Below, piece after piece: positions 18,437-26,648 of a stretch of DNA of 64,000 bases; the stretch's first letter is position 1, and every line of letters begins with the position of its first letter. The translations under genes and the position numbers were made by a program. The notes under the pieces are model-generated. The model was not told the origin of the DNA and searched no databases. It saw nothing but the letters and a program-made list of their open reading frames with translations. This stretch comes from Capsulimonadaceae bacterium (GTDB lineage Bacteria > Armatimonadota > Armatimonadia > Armatimonadales > Capsulimonadaceae): positions 4,384,001 to 4,448,000 of the forward strand of contig OZ244065.1 in assembly GCA_965215505.1 (NCBI GenBank). The letters run 5' to 3'.

Positions 18437-20993
18437 CAAGGCAGGCCCCCAGCCGGTCTCCCAGCGCGCCGACGTCTCCCAGCAGGCAGGTGACGTGCGT
18501 CCCCGGCACGTCGCACACGGTCAGGGCCGGCGCGACCTCGCGCCACAGGGCGAACGGGTCGCCGGGGAACGTCTCGGGGTCGTCGGCGGCGCGCAGCAGG
18601 TGGACCGGGCCGGCATAGGGGCGCGCGACATAGGCCGCCGCCGCCCGGTCGCAGTCCTCGATCAGACCCGCCCCGCCGCGCCCCTTCGCCCGCCGGCCCC
18701 AGCTCTGCACCAAAGCCCAGGCCGGCAGCAAGGCCTGCTGCCAGGCGAGGAAGCGCTGCGCGCTGCCCGCCAGGCGGCGCAGGGCCAGCCGGAGCCGGGG
18801 GTTGATGGCGTGGACCTCGATCAGCGCCAAAAACTCGACCGTCTCGCCCGAGGCGGTCAGCATCCGCGCCATCTCGTAGCCGATCAGGCCGGACCCGCAG
18901 AAGCCGCCGAGCCGGTAGGGGCCGTGCGGCTGGGCCGCGCGCACGACCGCGACATATTCGGCGGCCAGGCTCTCGATCGTCAGCGGCCCGCGCCCCCGCT
19001 CGGTGGGGGCGTGGAGGAGGAGCATCGGCTGGTCCGCGTGCAGGCGGCGGGCCAGGTGGTGCGCGTAAAACCCTCCCAGCGGGTAGTAGCCGTGCAGATA
19101 GAAGAAGGGCCGACGTGAGCCGCCCGCGAGCGGCGTCGGCGGCGGCATCGGGGCGGGTGCCTCGTCCCGGCGCAGGAGGGCAGCCAGGGCCTCCACCGTC
19201 CCGCCCTCGTACAGCGCGGACACCGGCACGGAACGGCCGCAGGTCTGCGCGATCCGGTCCAGCAGCCGGGCTGCCAGCAGGGAATGCCCGCCCAGTTCCA
19301 GGAAATCGTCCCGGATGCCGACGGGCCGGATGTCCAGCAGGTCCTCCCAGACCTGCGCGAGCTGCTGCTCCAGGGGGTTCCGGGGCGCGATAAAGTCCGG
19401 GCCGCGCTCCCGCAACTCCCCGGCGGGCGGCGGCAGGGCCGCCCGGTCCCGCTTGCCGCTGGGCGTCAGCGGCAGCGCGCGCAGGGGGGCGACGACGGCG
19501 GGGACCATGTGCGCGGGCAGAGTCCGCGCCAGGAAGTCGCGCAGGGCTGTCCCGGTCGGCGAGGTCCCGGCCCGCAGGACGACATAGGCCGCCAGCCGTT
19601 TCTCACCCGGCCGGTCTTCGCGCAGGGCGGCGACGGCGTCCAGGATGTCCGGATGGCCCAGGAGGGCCGCCTCGATCTCGCCCAGCTCGATCCGGTATCC
19701 ACGCATCTTCACCTGCGTGTCCGCACGGCCGAGATAGTAAAGCTCCCCCCCGGCCCCTTGCCGGGCCAGGTCGCCCGTCCGGTACAGCCGCGCGCCCGGC
19801 GTCCGGTCGAAGGGGTGGGGTAGGAAGCGCTCGGCGGTCAGCACGGGCCGGCGCAGGTAGCCGCGCGCCAGCCCGGCCCCGGCGATGTAAATCTCGCCCG
19901 TCTCGCCCCCGGAAACCGGGCGCATGTTTTCGTCCAGCAGGAACAGCTCGGTGCCGGCTATCGGACAGCCGATGGGGATGGAATCGGGCAGCGGGTCGCC
20001 GTCCAAGCCGCGCGGAACCGTCCAGCAGGCCGCGTCAATGGTCGCCTCGGTCGGCCCGTAGACGTTGTGGAGGTCGGCCACGAGCTTCGCGTGGACGAGG
20101 CGCGGCAGGTCCGGCGGCATCGCCTCGCCGCCGCAGAACAGGTGCCGCAGGTCCCGGCACCGCACGATGTCCGGGTGCGCCAGCAGGACCCGGAGCTGGG
20201 CCGGGCCGAAGCCGGCCACGGTGATCCGCCGCTCGGCCAGCGTCCGGACGACATAACCGGCGTCCACCGTCCCGCCGGGGCGCATCAGGACCAAAGTCGC
20301 CCCCACCGTCAGCGGCCAGAAGATGGCCCAGACGGACGGGTCGAAGCTGAACGAGTACGACTGGAGCATCCGGTCGCCCGCTGTCAGCGGGAAGCACCCC
20401 TGACGCCAGTGCAGGTTGTTACAGGCCCCCCGGTGCGCCAGCAGGACGCCCTTCGGCTGCCCGGTCGAGCCGGAGGTGTAGATGACATAGGCCAGGTCGT
20501 CCGGCCCGGACCCGCCCGCCAGGTCTCCGCCCTGCTCGCCGTCCTCCAGGCCCGCGCCCAGGGGAATGACGCGCGCTCCGGCGGGGAGGAGGCCCCGCAG
20601 GCGCGGCTGCGCCAGGGTCAGGGTGGGCCGGGCGTCTTCCAGCAGGAAGGCCAGCCGCTCGGGCGGGTAGGCGGGGTCGAGCGGCAGGTACGCCCCGCCG
20701 GCCTTCAGGACGGCCAGCAGCGCGACGATCGTCTCCGGCCCGCCGTCCGCGCAGACGCCTACGACGGCGTCCGGGCCGGCCCCGTTTACCCGCAGGAGGC
20801 GGGCCAGCCGGTTCGCGCGCCGGTTCAGGTCCCCGTAGGTCAGGCGGCCGCCGTCAAAGACGACCGCGGGGGCGTCCGGCGTGCGTGCGGCCTGCGCCTC
20901 CACCATCCGGTGCAGGCATTCTTCCGTGCGGGCCGGATCGGCGCGGCGCGCGGCCAGGGCGGCTCGCGCGGCCAGGGCAGCTCGCGCGGTCAC
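18417..20993 (-). CDS. Monomodular NRPS-like enzyme, A-T-TE
   Basis: A-domain cores LKAGGAYLPLD, YVIYTSGSTGQPKG, NVYGPTE, YRTGDL, QVKMRGYRIELGEIE, SGKRDR; carrier motif DDFLELGGHSLL; TE GPYRLGGFCGSG...VPGTH. GTG start at 20993 overlaps the upstream TGA (GTGA). Confidence 0.93.
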   Translation of the reverse strand: MTARAALAARAALAARRADPARTEECLHRMVEAQAARTPDAPAVVFDGGRLTYGDLNRRANRLARLLRVNGAGPDAVVGVCADGGPETIVALLAVLKAGGAYLPLDPAYPPERLAFLLEDARPTLTLAQPRLRGLLPAGARVIPLGAGLEDGEQGGDLAGGSGPDDLAYVIYTSGSTGQPKGVLLAHRGACNNLHWRQGCFPLTAGDRMLQSYSFSFDPSVWAIFWPLTVGATLVLMRPGGTVDAGYVVRTLAERRITVAGFGPAQLRVLLAHPDIVRCRDLRHLFCGGEAMPPDLPRLVHAKLVADLHNVYGPTEATIDAACWTVPRGLDGDPLPDSIPIGCPIAGTELFLLDENMRPVSGGETGEIYIAGAGLARGYLRRPVLTAERFLPHPFDRTPGARLYRTGDLARQGAGGELYYLGRADTQVKMRGYRIELGEIEAALLGHPDILDAVAALREDRPGEKRLAAYVVLRAGTSPTGTALRDFLARTLPAHMVPAVVAPLRALPLTPSGKRDRAALPPPAGELRERGPDFIAPRNPLEQQLAQVWEDLLDIRPVGIRDDFLELGGHSLLAARLLDRIAQTCGRSVPVSALYEGGTVEALAALLRRDEAPAPMPPPTPLAGGSRRPFFYLHGYYPLGGFYAHHLARRLHADQPMLLLHAPTERGRGPLTIESLAAEYVAVVRAAQPHGPYRLGGFCGSGLIGYEMARMLTASGETVEFLALIEVHAINPRLRLALRRLAGSAQRFLAWQQALLPAWALVQSWGRRAKGRGGAGLIEDCDRAAAAYVARPYAGPVHLLRAADDPETFPGDPFALWREVAPALTVCDVPGTHVTCLLGDVGALGDRLGACLDALDAG

Positions 20994-21949
20994 AGTGCGC
21001 TCCCCAGGAAGCTCGCGACGTCCTCGGACGTGATCTCCGGCTCGCCGGGCGCGACGTGGTCCAGCTTGCCCTGACGCATCCACCCTTCGAGCTGTTCCAC
21101 CAGGCTGAACAGGTGGTCGAACGAGTCCACGACGAACAGCAGCGGCTGGTAGAAGTTCGGCAGGAATCCCTGGTTGACCACCCATTCGAGCTGGAGCGAA
21201 TACCTCTGGACCTGTCTCGGGTCGGCGGCGCGGTCTATCTCGCTCCGGGAGCTGAGGAGTGCGCTGCCGTAGACCTTCACCCCGTCCCCCCCGCCCGGCG
21301 CGCGCATCAGGCCCGTCTCGATCGTGAACCAGAAGAAGCGCGCCATCGCCCGGATCATGCTCGTCAGTCGCCGTATCTTCTCCTCCTCGTCGGCCACCCC
21401 CGAGACCAGCTCGACCGCCGTGTGCGCGCACCGGCCGAACTGCACCAGCACGTCGGCGAAGGCCGGGTCGGTGTGCATCGGGACGTGACCGGTGATGTCG
21501 TGGAAGATGTCCGGCCAGGGGGAGAATGACTGCGCCGCATCCCGCATCGTCACCGTCGTCGGGAACTCGCGGCGGCGCAGGCAGTCGAAAAAGAGGAAGG
21601 CGGGCAAGTAGCCGCTGACGCCGATCGCCCGGAAGCCGGTCAGGGGCGCGAGGAAGCGGTTGACGTCCTCCAGGCGCGGCACCCGGTCCGGGTCGAGCCG
21701 CAGCGAGGCCAGCCCGCGCAGGAACGGCGCGTTCGCGTGCCGTACCCAGCGCGACTCCATCCCCGCATACAGCCGCCGCCAGGCGGCGTGATTCTCTTCG
21801 GAGTACAACTCGTAAGGCTGATGGATGAACCGCCGCCCCGCCAACTGGGCACCCTCGATGAAGGCCGATTTGCCCGTCGTCAGCCCGGTTCCCTCGGACT
21901 GTGAGAGTGACTTTTCGCTGTTCGAGAGTGACTTTTCAATGATCGCCAA
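20990..21949 (-). CDS. Pterin-dependent aromatic amino acid hydroxylase (phenylalanine 4-monooxygenase family)
   Basis: YSEENHAAWRRL, VPRLEDVNRFL..LTGF, PDIFHDITGHVP and FWFTIETGL (2-His-1-Glu iron triad), YGSALLSS, YQP..FVVDSF. TTG start at 21949 is inferred. Confidence 0.9.
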   Translation of the reverse strand: MAIIEKSLSNSEKSLSQSEGTGLTTGKSAFIEGAQLAGRRFIHQPYELYSEENHAAWRRLYAGMESRWVRHANAPFLRGLASLRLDPDRVPRLEDVNRFLAPLTGFRAIGVSGYLPAFLFFDCLRRREFPTTVTMRDAAQSFSPWPDIFHDITGHVPMHTDPAFADVLVQFGRCAHTAVELVSGVADEEEKIRRLTSMIRAMARFFWFTIETGLMRAPGGGDGVKVYGSALLSSRSEIDRAADPRQVQRYSLQLEWVVNQGFLPNFYQPLLFVVDSFDHLFSLVEQLEGWMRQGKLDHVAPGEPEITSEDVASFLGSAL

Positions 21950-22149
21950 GTGTCCATCCCCTGCGCCCCTATCTTGAAGACGGGACGCCCTGATGAACGT
22001 AAAGTGCAGATTCAGTGCCAACAATAAGGAAAATGGGGGGCGAGCGAGGAAACAGGTATATCACACAGGGTCGGTGTCAGGGGGAAAGTGTCAAGATTCA
22101 CAACGGCGCGGTGAGGCAGGCGACCATCAGGAACGCGGCCCGTCAGGAG

Positions 22150-22860
22150 TCAGGAACGCAGCCCGTAGCCGACCCCGCGCCGCGTCTCGAGCAGGTCGCC
22201 GGCCTGCACCGGTATCTTGGCGCGCAGCCGACGGATGTGGATGTCCACAGTCCTCTCGCCGCCCTCGAAGTCCACGCCCCAAACCATGTCCAGCAGGCGG
22301 TCGCGGGCGAAGAACTTGCCCCGGTGCAGCGTCAGGAAGCGCAGCAGATCGTACTCGCGCGGCGTCAGCGGGAGGATGAAGCCGGACGCGGAGCGCGCGC
22401 AGCCCGCGGCCAGGTCGAGGACCACGTCGGCGACGGTCAGCGTGTCGCCGGACTGGATGTGGCGCTTGCGGAAGCCCAGCAGGGACAGGCGGGCCAGCAC
22501 CTCGGCGGGCGCATAGGGGGGAAGCAGGAAGTCGTCGGTATAGGCGGGCCAGTCCGGCTGTTCCAGGTGCCTGGACGTCAGCAGGGCCAGCCGGGCGGGC
22601 GCGGGCAGCTCCTCCCCCCAGGCGTGCAGGAGCAGCCGCCCGGCGTGGCGCAGGGGCAGGCAGTCGGGGGCGGTGGAGAGGTCCGCCAGCAGGACGTCCG
22701 GGGGCCGGCCCTCGAAGGCGCGGCAGAGCGCGTCCATCGCCGCCGCCCCGTCGTCCAGGGCTGTCCGCTGCACGGCATAGCCGGCCAGCTTGAGGGCGCC
22801 GACGAGGGCGGCGGCGGGTCCGCCTTTTTCATTGGGGGCCAGGACGAGGACGTTCAGCAT
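22150..22860 (-). CDS. OmpR/PhoB-family regulator with atypical receiver domain, GlnR-like
   Basis: C-terminal LTPREYDLLRFL...VWGVDFEGGERTVDIHIRRLRAKI..IETRRGVGY-type winged helix; degenerate receiver; no kinase nearby; adjacent to nitrate/nitrite genes. Confidence 0.8.
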   Translation of the reverse strand: MLNVLVLAPNEKGGPAAALVGALKLAGYAVQRTALDDGAAAMDALCRAFEGRPPDVLLADLSTAPDCLPLRHAGRLLLHAWGEELPAPARLALLTSRHLEQPDWPAYTDDFLLPPYAPAEVLARLSLLGFRKRHIQSGDTLTVADVVLDLAAGCARSASGFILPLTPREYDLLRFLTLHRGKFFARDRLLDMVWGVDFEGGERTVDIHIRRLRAKIPVQAGDLLETRRGVGYGLRS

Positions 22861-23053
22861 GGCGGCACGGATCGTTTAAAGCACGGGTCGTTCGTGCGGG
22901 GATCAGCCGCGCCGCTGCGGGTGAGAGGTTTCTTGAGAGGTGTCTAAAGGAGTCCGCGTCAATGGGGTGATTCTATTGTGGCACGGGAAGGGGGCCGGTG
23001 TCAAGGGTTGCGGGGGCCGGCACTTCCAGTGCCGGCCCCCGCGCCGGAGAGAA

Positions 23054-23404
23054 TCACACCGTCAGCCACATCTCCCCGCCCTCGGACAGACGGACCGGGT
23101 AGGTCTGGATGTCGCAGTCGCCCATCAGCCCGACCCCCGTCGTCAGGTCGAACTTGCGCGAGTGGAACGGGCACATGAGGATCGTGCCCCCGACCAGGCC
23201 GTCGGCCAGCGGGCCGTTCCGGTGCGGGCACTCCGCCTGGGTGGCGTAGACCGCCCCGGCGCGGGTGTGGAACACGGCGACTTCCAGGCCGCGCACCGGG
23301 AAGACGCGCCCCTCGCCCATAGGGATCTGGTCCACAGGACCGAGGGAGACTTCGGTTCTTTCCAATTCAGCCCTTTCCAATTCAGCCCTTTCGATTGTCA
23401 TCAT
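23054..23404 (-). CDS. nirD: Nitrite reductase small subunit (Rieske ferredoxin)
   Basis: CPHRNGPL and CPFH Rieske motifs; overlaps the nirB stop. Confidence 0.88.
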   Translation of the reverse strand: MMTIERAELERAELERTEVSLGPVDQIPMGEGRVFPVRGLEVAVFHTRAGAVYATQAECPHRNGPLADGLVGGTILMCPFHSRKFDLTTGVGLMGDCDIQTYPVRLSEGGEMWLTV

Positions 23405-25875
23405 GCGTTCACCACCGGGAGGGTCGAGACGAACTGGTTGGCCGTGGCCGGGGTGTAGGCTTCCAGCCAGGGGTCAACGTAGGCGTCCACGGTCGCCTGC
23501 ATCGTCGCGTCCAGCCGGGCGGCGATCCCCTCGCCGTCCTCCACGACGACGGCCTTGATCTTCTCCAGCCCGACCCGCTCCACGAAGCCGTAGGTCCGCT
23601 CCAAATACTTGGCGTTCTCGATGTAGTACTGCATGAACCGGCCCATGATCAGGAGCACCTCCTCGTGGGAGCCGACGCTGCACAGCACGTCCCCCTTGCG
23701 GATGTGCGCGCCCGCCGCGCCGCCGATGAAGATCTCCCAGCGCCCGCCCTCGACGGCCACCGCGCCCAGGTCCTTGACCATCGCCTCAGAGCAGTTGCGC
23801 GGGCAGCCCGCCGTCGCCAGCTTCATCTTGCCGGGGCTTTCGACCCCCTGGAAGCGGCGCTCGATCTTGATGCCCAGGCCCGTGCTGTCCCCGACCCCGT
23901 AGCGGCAGAACTCGGTCCCGACGCAGGTCTTGCAGGTGCGGAAGGACTTCGCGTAGGCGTGGCCCGAGGGCATGTCCAGGTCCTTCCAGACGTTCGGCAG
24001 GTTTTCCTTGGTGATCCCCAGGAGGTCAATGCGCTGGCCGCCGGTGATCTTGACCATCGGCACGTCGTACTTGTCGGCGACGTCCGCGATGCGCCGCAGC
24101 TCGGCCGCCGACGTGACCCCGCCGTAGATGCGCGGGATGACCGAGAACGTCTTGTCCTTCTGGATGTTGGCGTGGACGCGGTCGTTGATGTAGCGGGCGT
24201 CCCGCTCGTCCTCGTACTCCGCGCCCCAGAGCGACTTCAGCAGCGAGGCCAGGCCCATCTTGCTGGTGACCTCTTCCTGGCCCCCCGCAAGCGCCTCGAA
24301 AACGGACGAGACGGACTTTAGCTGCCGGTCCATGATTGCCTGCACCAAGGCGGGCTTCGGCAGCGGCACGCCCGGCACATAGTAGTGGATGCTCGGGTCC
24401 TCCTCCACCTGGCCCTCGGCGGCCCACTCGACCACCTCCTGCACCAGCTTCTTGCACGACCCGCAGCCCGCGCCCGCCCGCGTCGCCTCCATCACCATCT
24501 TCAGGGACCGCTTGCCGCCCTCGACGCACTTCCTGATCTGGCCCTTCGAGACGCCGTTGCAGTTGCAGATCTGGGCGCTGTCCGGCATCTCCAGCATCGT
24601 CGTCTCGGTGGACGGTGCCCCGATGTCGAACAGCAGCGACAGCCGCTCCTCGGGCAGCGGCGTCCCCCGGTCAAAGGCCTGCATCAGATAGGCGACTTTG
24701 TTCAGGTCGCCCAGCATCATCGCCCCGATCAGCATGCCGTCCCGGATGATCAGCTTCTTGTAGGTCCCGCGCTTCGGCTCGGAGAACATGACCACTTCGT
24801 CCCGGTCGTCCATCGGCTCGGTCACGCCCATCGAGGCAAGCTCGACGCCCATGACCTTCAGCTTGGTGGCGATCTTGGACCCGTGGTAGGCGGCATCCAG
24901 GTTGCGCCCCGTGATGTGGTCGGCCAGCACCTGCCCCATCTCCCACAGCGGCGCGACCAGGCCGTAGACCCGCCCCCGGTGCTGGGCGCACTCGCCGACG
25001 ACGTAGATGTCCGGGTCGTCCACCGACCGCATCTGGTTGTCGGTGACGATGGCGCGCTCGACGGTCAGGCCGCAGGCGTGCCCGATCTCGGCGTTCGGCT
25101 TGATGCCGGTCGAGATGACCACCATGTCGCAGTCCAGTGTCGTGCCGTCCTTGAACTCAAGGCCCGTCACGCTGTCCTCGCCCAGCACGCGGGCGGTGTT
25201 CTTCATGGTGTGGACGTGGACGCCCATCTTCTCCATGATGCCGCCCAGAATCTTGCCCGCCGCCGGGTCGAGCTGCTGGTTCATCAGGTGCCCGCTGATG
25301 TGGATGACATGCACCTCGACGCCGTAGTTGATCAGCCCGCGCGCCGCCTCCAGGCCCAGCAGTCCGCCGCCGATGACGGCCGCCTTGCGGCACTTGTTGG
25401 CGTAGCCGGCGATCTTGTGGCAGTCGTCCAGGGTGCGGAACACGAAGACGCCGTGCTTGTCCGCCCCGTCGGGCGTTTGCAGGCCATCCATCGGCGGGAC
25501 GAAGGGCCGGCTGCCCGTGGCGATCATCAGCTTGTCGTAGGGCGTGACCTGGCCGTCGTCGCTGTGGACCTCTTTGCGCGCCCGGTCGATGTGCGTCACG
25601 CGGGCCGGGGCGTGGAGCTTCACGTCGTTCTCGGCGTACCACTCCATCGGGTTGAGGAAAATGTCGGAAGGGTCCTGCGACCCGTTGAGGACGTTGGACA
25701 GGAGGATGCGGTTGTAATTGCCATACGGCTCGTCGCCGAACATGGTGATCTCGAACTGCTCGCCGCCGCCGCGCGCCAGTATCTCTTCGACCGTGCGCGC
25801 GCCGGCCATGCCGTTGCCGATCACGACCAACTTCTGCTTATCTGGAGTCTGAGTTAAAGTCTGAATATCTGCCAT
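23401..25875 (-). CDS. nirB: NAD(P)H-dependent assimilatory nitrite reductase large subunit
   Basis: VIGNGMAG and GGGLLGLEAA Rossmann motifs, ICNCNGV...GCGSC BFD cluster, KTCVGTEFC and GCPRNC siroheme/4Fe-4S ligands. Confidence 0.96.
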   Translation of the reverse strand: MADIQTLTQTPDKQKLVVIGNGMAGARTVEEILARGGGEQFEITMFGDEPYGNYNRILLSNVLNGSQDPSDIFLNPMEWYAENDVKLHAPARVTHIDRARKEVHSDDGQVTPYDKLMIATGSRPFVPPMDGLQTPDGADKHGVFVFRTLDDCHKIAGYANKCRKAAVIGGGLLGLEAARGLINYGVEVHVIHISGHLMNQQLDPAAGKILGGIMEKMGVHVHTMKNTARVLGEDSVTGLEFKDGTTLDCDMVVISTGIKPNAEIGHACGLTVERAIVTDNQMRSVDDPDIYVVGECAQHRGRVYGLVAPLWEMGQVLADHITGRNLDAAYHGSKIATKLKVMGVELASMGVTEPMDDRDEVVMFSEPKRGTYKKLIIRDGMLIGAMMLGDLNKVAYLMQAFDRGTPLPEERLSLLFDIGAPSTETTMLEMPDSAQICNCNGVSKGQIRKCVEGGKRSLKMVMEATRAGAGCGSCKKLVQEVVEWAAEGQVEEDPSIHYYVPGVPLPKPALVQAIMDRQLKSVSSVFEALAGGQEEVTSKMGLASLLKSLWGAEYEDERDARYINDRVHANIQKDKTFSVIPRIYGGVTSAAELRRIADVADKYDVPMVKITGGQRIDLLGITKENLPNVWKDLDMPSGHAYAKSFRTCKTCVGTEFCRYGVGDSTGLGIKIERRFQGVESPGKMKLATAGCPRNCSEAMVKDLGAVAVEGGRWEIFIGGAAGAHIRKGDVLCSVGSHEEVLLIMGRFMQYYIENAKYLERTYGFVERVGLEKIKAVVVEDGEGIAARLDATMQATVDAYVDPWLEAYTPATANQFVSTLPVVNA

Positions 25876-26006
25876 TTTGCTGCCTTTCGGAGACACGAGG
25901 TTTCCCGAGAGAACGGGTAGCATCAGGAAAAGGCAGCACTGCCGGGGAAGAGCGTCGGTGCAGAGGGGAGCGTGGAGGCCACAGCATCGTGGTCAACTCT
26001 GCAAAC

Positions 26007-26038
26007 AGTATGAATCACAAATGTTTCCGCCGTGTTTC
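26007..26038 (-). promoter_or_regulatory. nirBD promoter: GlnR-type box GAAAC-N6-GAAAC followed by a CATACT -10
   Basis: Minus strand GAAACACGGCGGAAACATTTGTGATTCATACT; same architecture at 31075-31106. Confidence 0.7.
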
Positions 26039-26048
26039 GGAGACACTG

Positions 26049-26182
26049 CCCCCCGACCCCTCTCCCGCAAGCGGGAGAGGGGAGTCAGAGAGGACAAAGG
26101 CTAAGAGTGAAGGCGCAGAGGAAATGATCCGTCTCTTTCGCCCCCCTCTCCCGCTTGCGGGGGAGGGGCCGGGGGTGGGGGT
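26049..26182. repeat. Inverted pair of CCCCTCTCCCGCAAGCGGGAGAGGGG palindromic repeats
   Basis: Two hairpin units in opposite orientation; related units at 57646-57700 and 59111-59237. Confidence 0.65.
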
Positions 26183-26192
26183 TCTTCAAACC

Positions 26193-26540
26193 CTACACCT
26201 CCAGCAGCCCGACGTCCAGTACCAGGGTCCCGGACACCCCCTCGGGGGCGGCCACGGTGGCTTCCAGCTTGGTCCCGGACATCAGATCCTCGACCACGGC
26301 CAGGGCGACATGAACGTCGCCGCGCGCCCCGATGGGGAAGAGCCGCATGGGCCGGCCGTCACGCATCAGGGTGACGTAGATGAGTTCGGCGGACGAGTTG
26401 CCCGCCCGGAAATAGACGAACTGGGTCCGCTTGCCGACCGGGACGGTATAGGTCAGCTCGGCCGAGAGCGGGACGGGGTTATGCAGGCCGCGCCCCTCGA
26501 ACGGGAAGACGCCTTGCAGCAGTTGGGGTTTCGAGTACAT
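26193..26540 (-). CDS. Small conserved protein of the nitrate assimilation cluster (paralog of 30495..30857)
   Basis: LQGVFPFEGRG, YFRAGNSS, RLFPIG, HVALAVVED and DVGLLE motifs shared with the paralog. Confidence 0.75.
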   Translation of the reverse strand: MYSKPQLLQGVFPFEGRGLHNPVPLSAELTYTVPVGKRTQFVYFRAGNSSAELIYVTLMRDGRPMRLFPIGARGDVHVALAVVEDLMSGTKLEATVAAPEGVSGTLVLDVGLLEV

Positions 26541-26648
26541 AAGTATTTGTTTCTCCTTAGATTTGAGGCTCGTATCAGGGAAGTCTGTCAGCTCGGGGAA
26601 GTCTGTCAGCCGCCCGGCCCCGTGCTGGGGCCGGGCGGCTGAGGGGTG

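Noticed and set aside
18417-21431. 1004-aa NRPS as given in the ORF track
   Set aside because: The extra N-terminus is an alternative frame of the hydroxylase; the GTGA overlap at 20993 is the credible start
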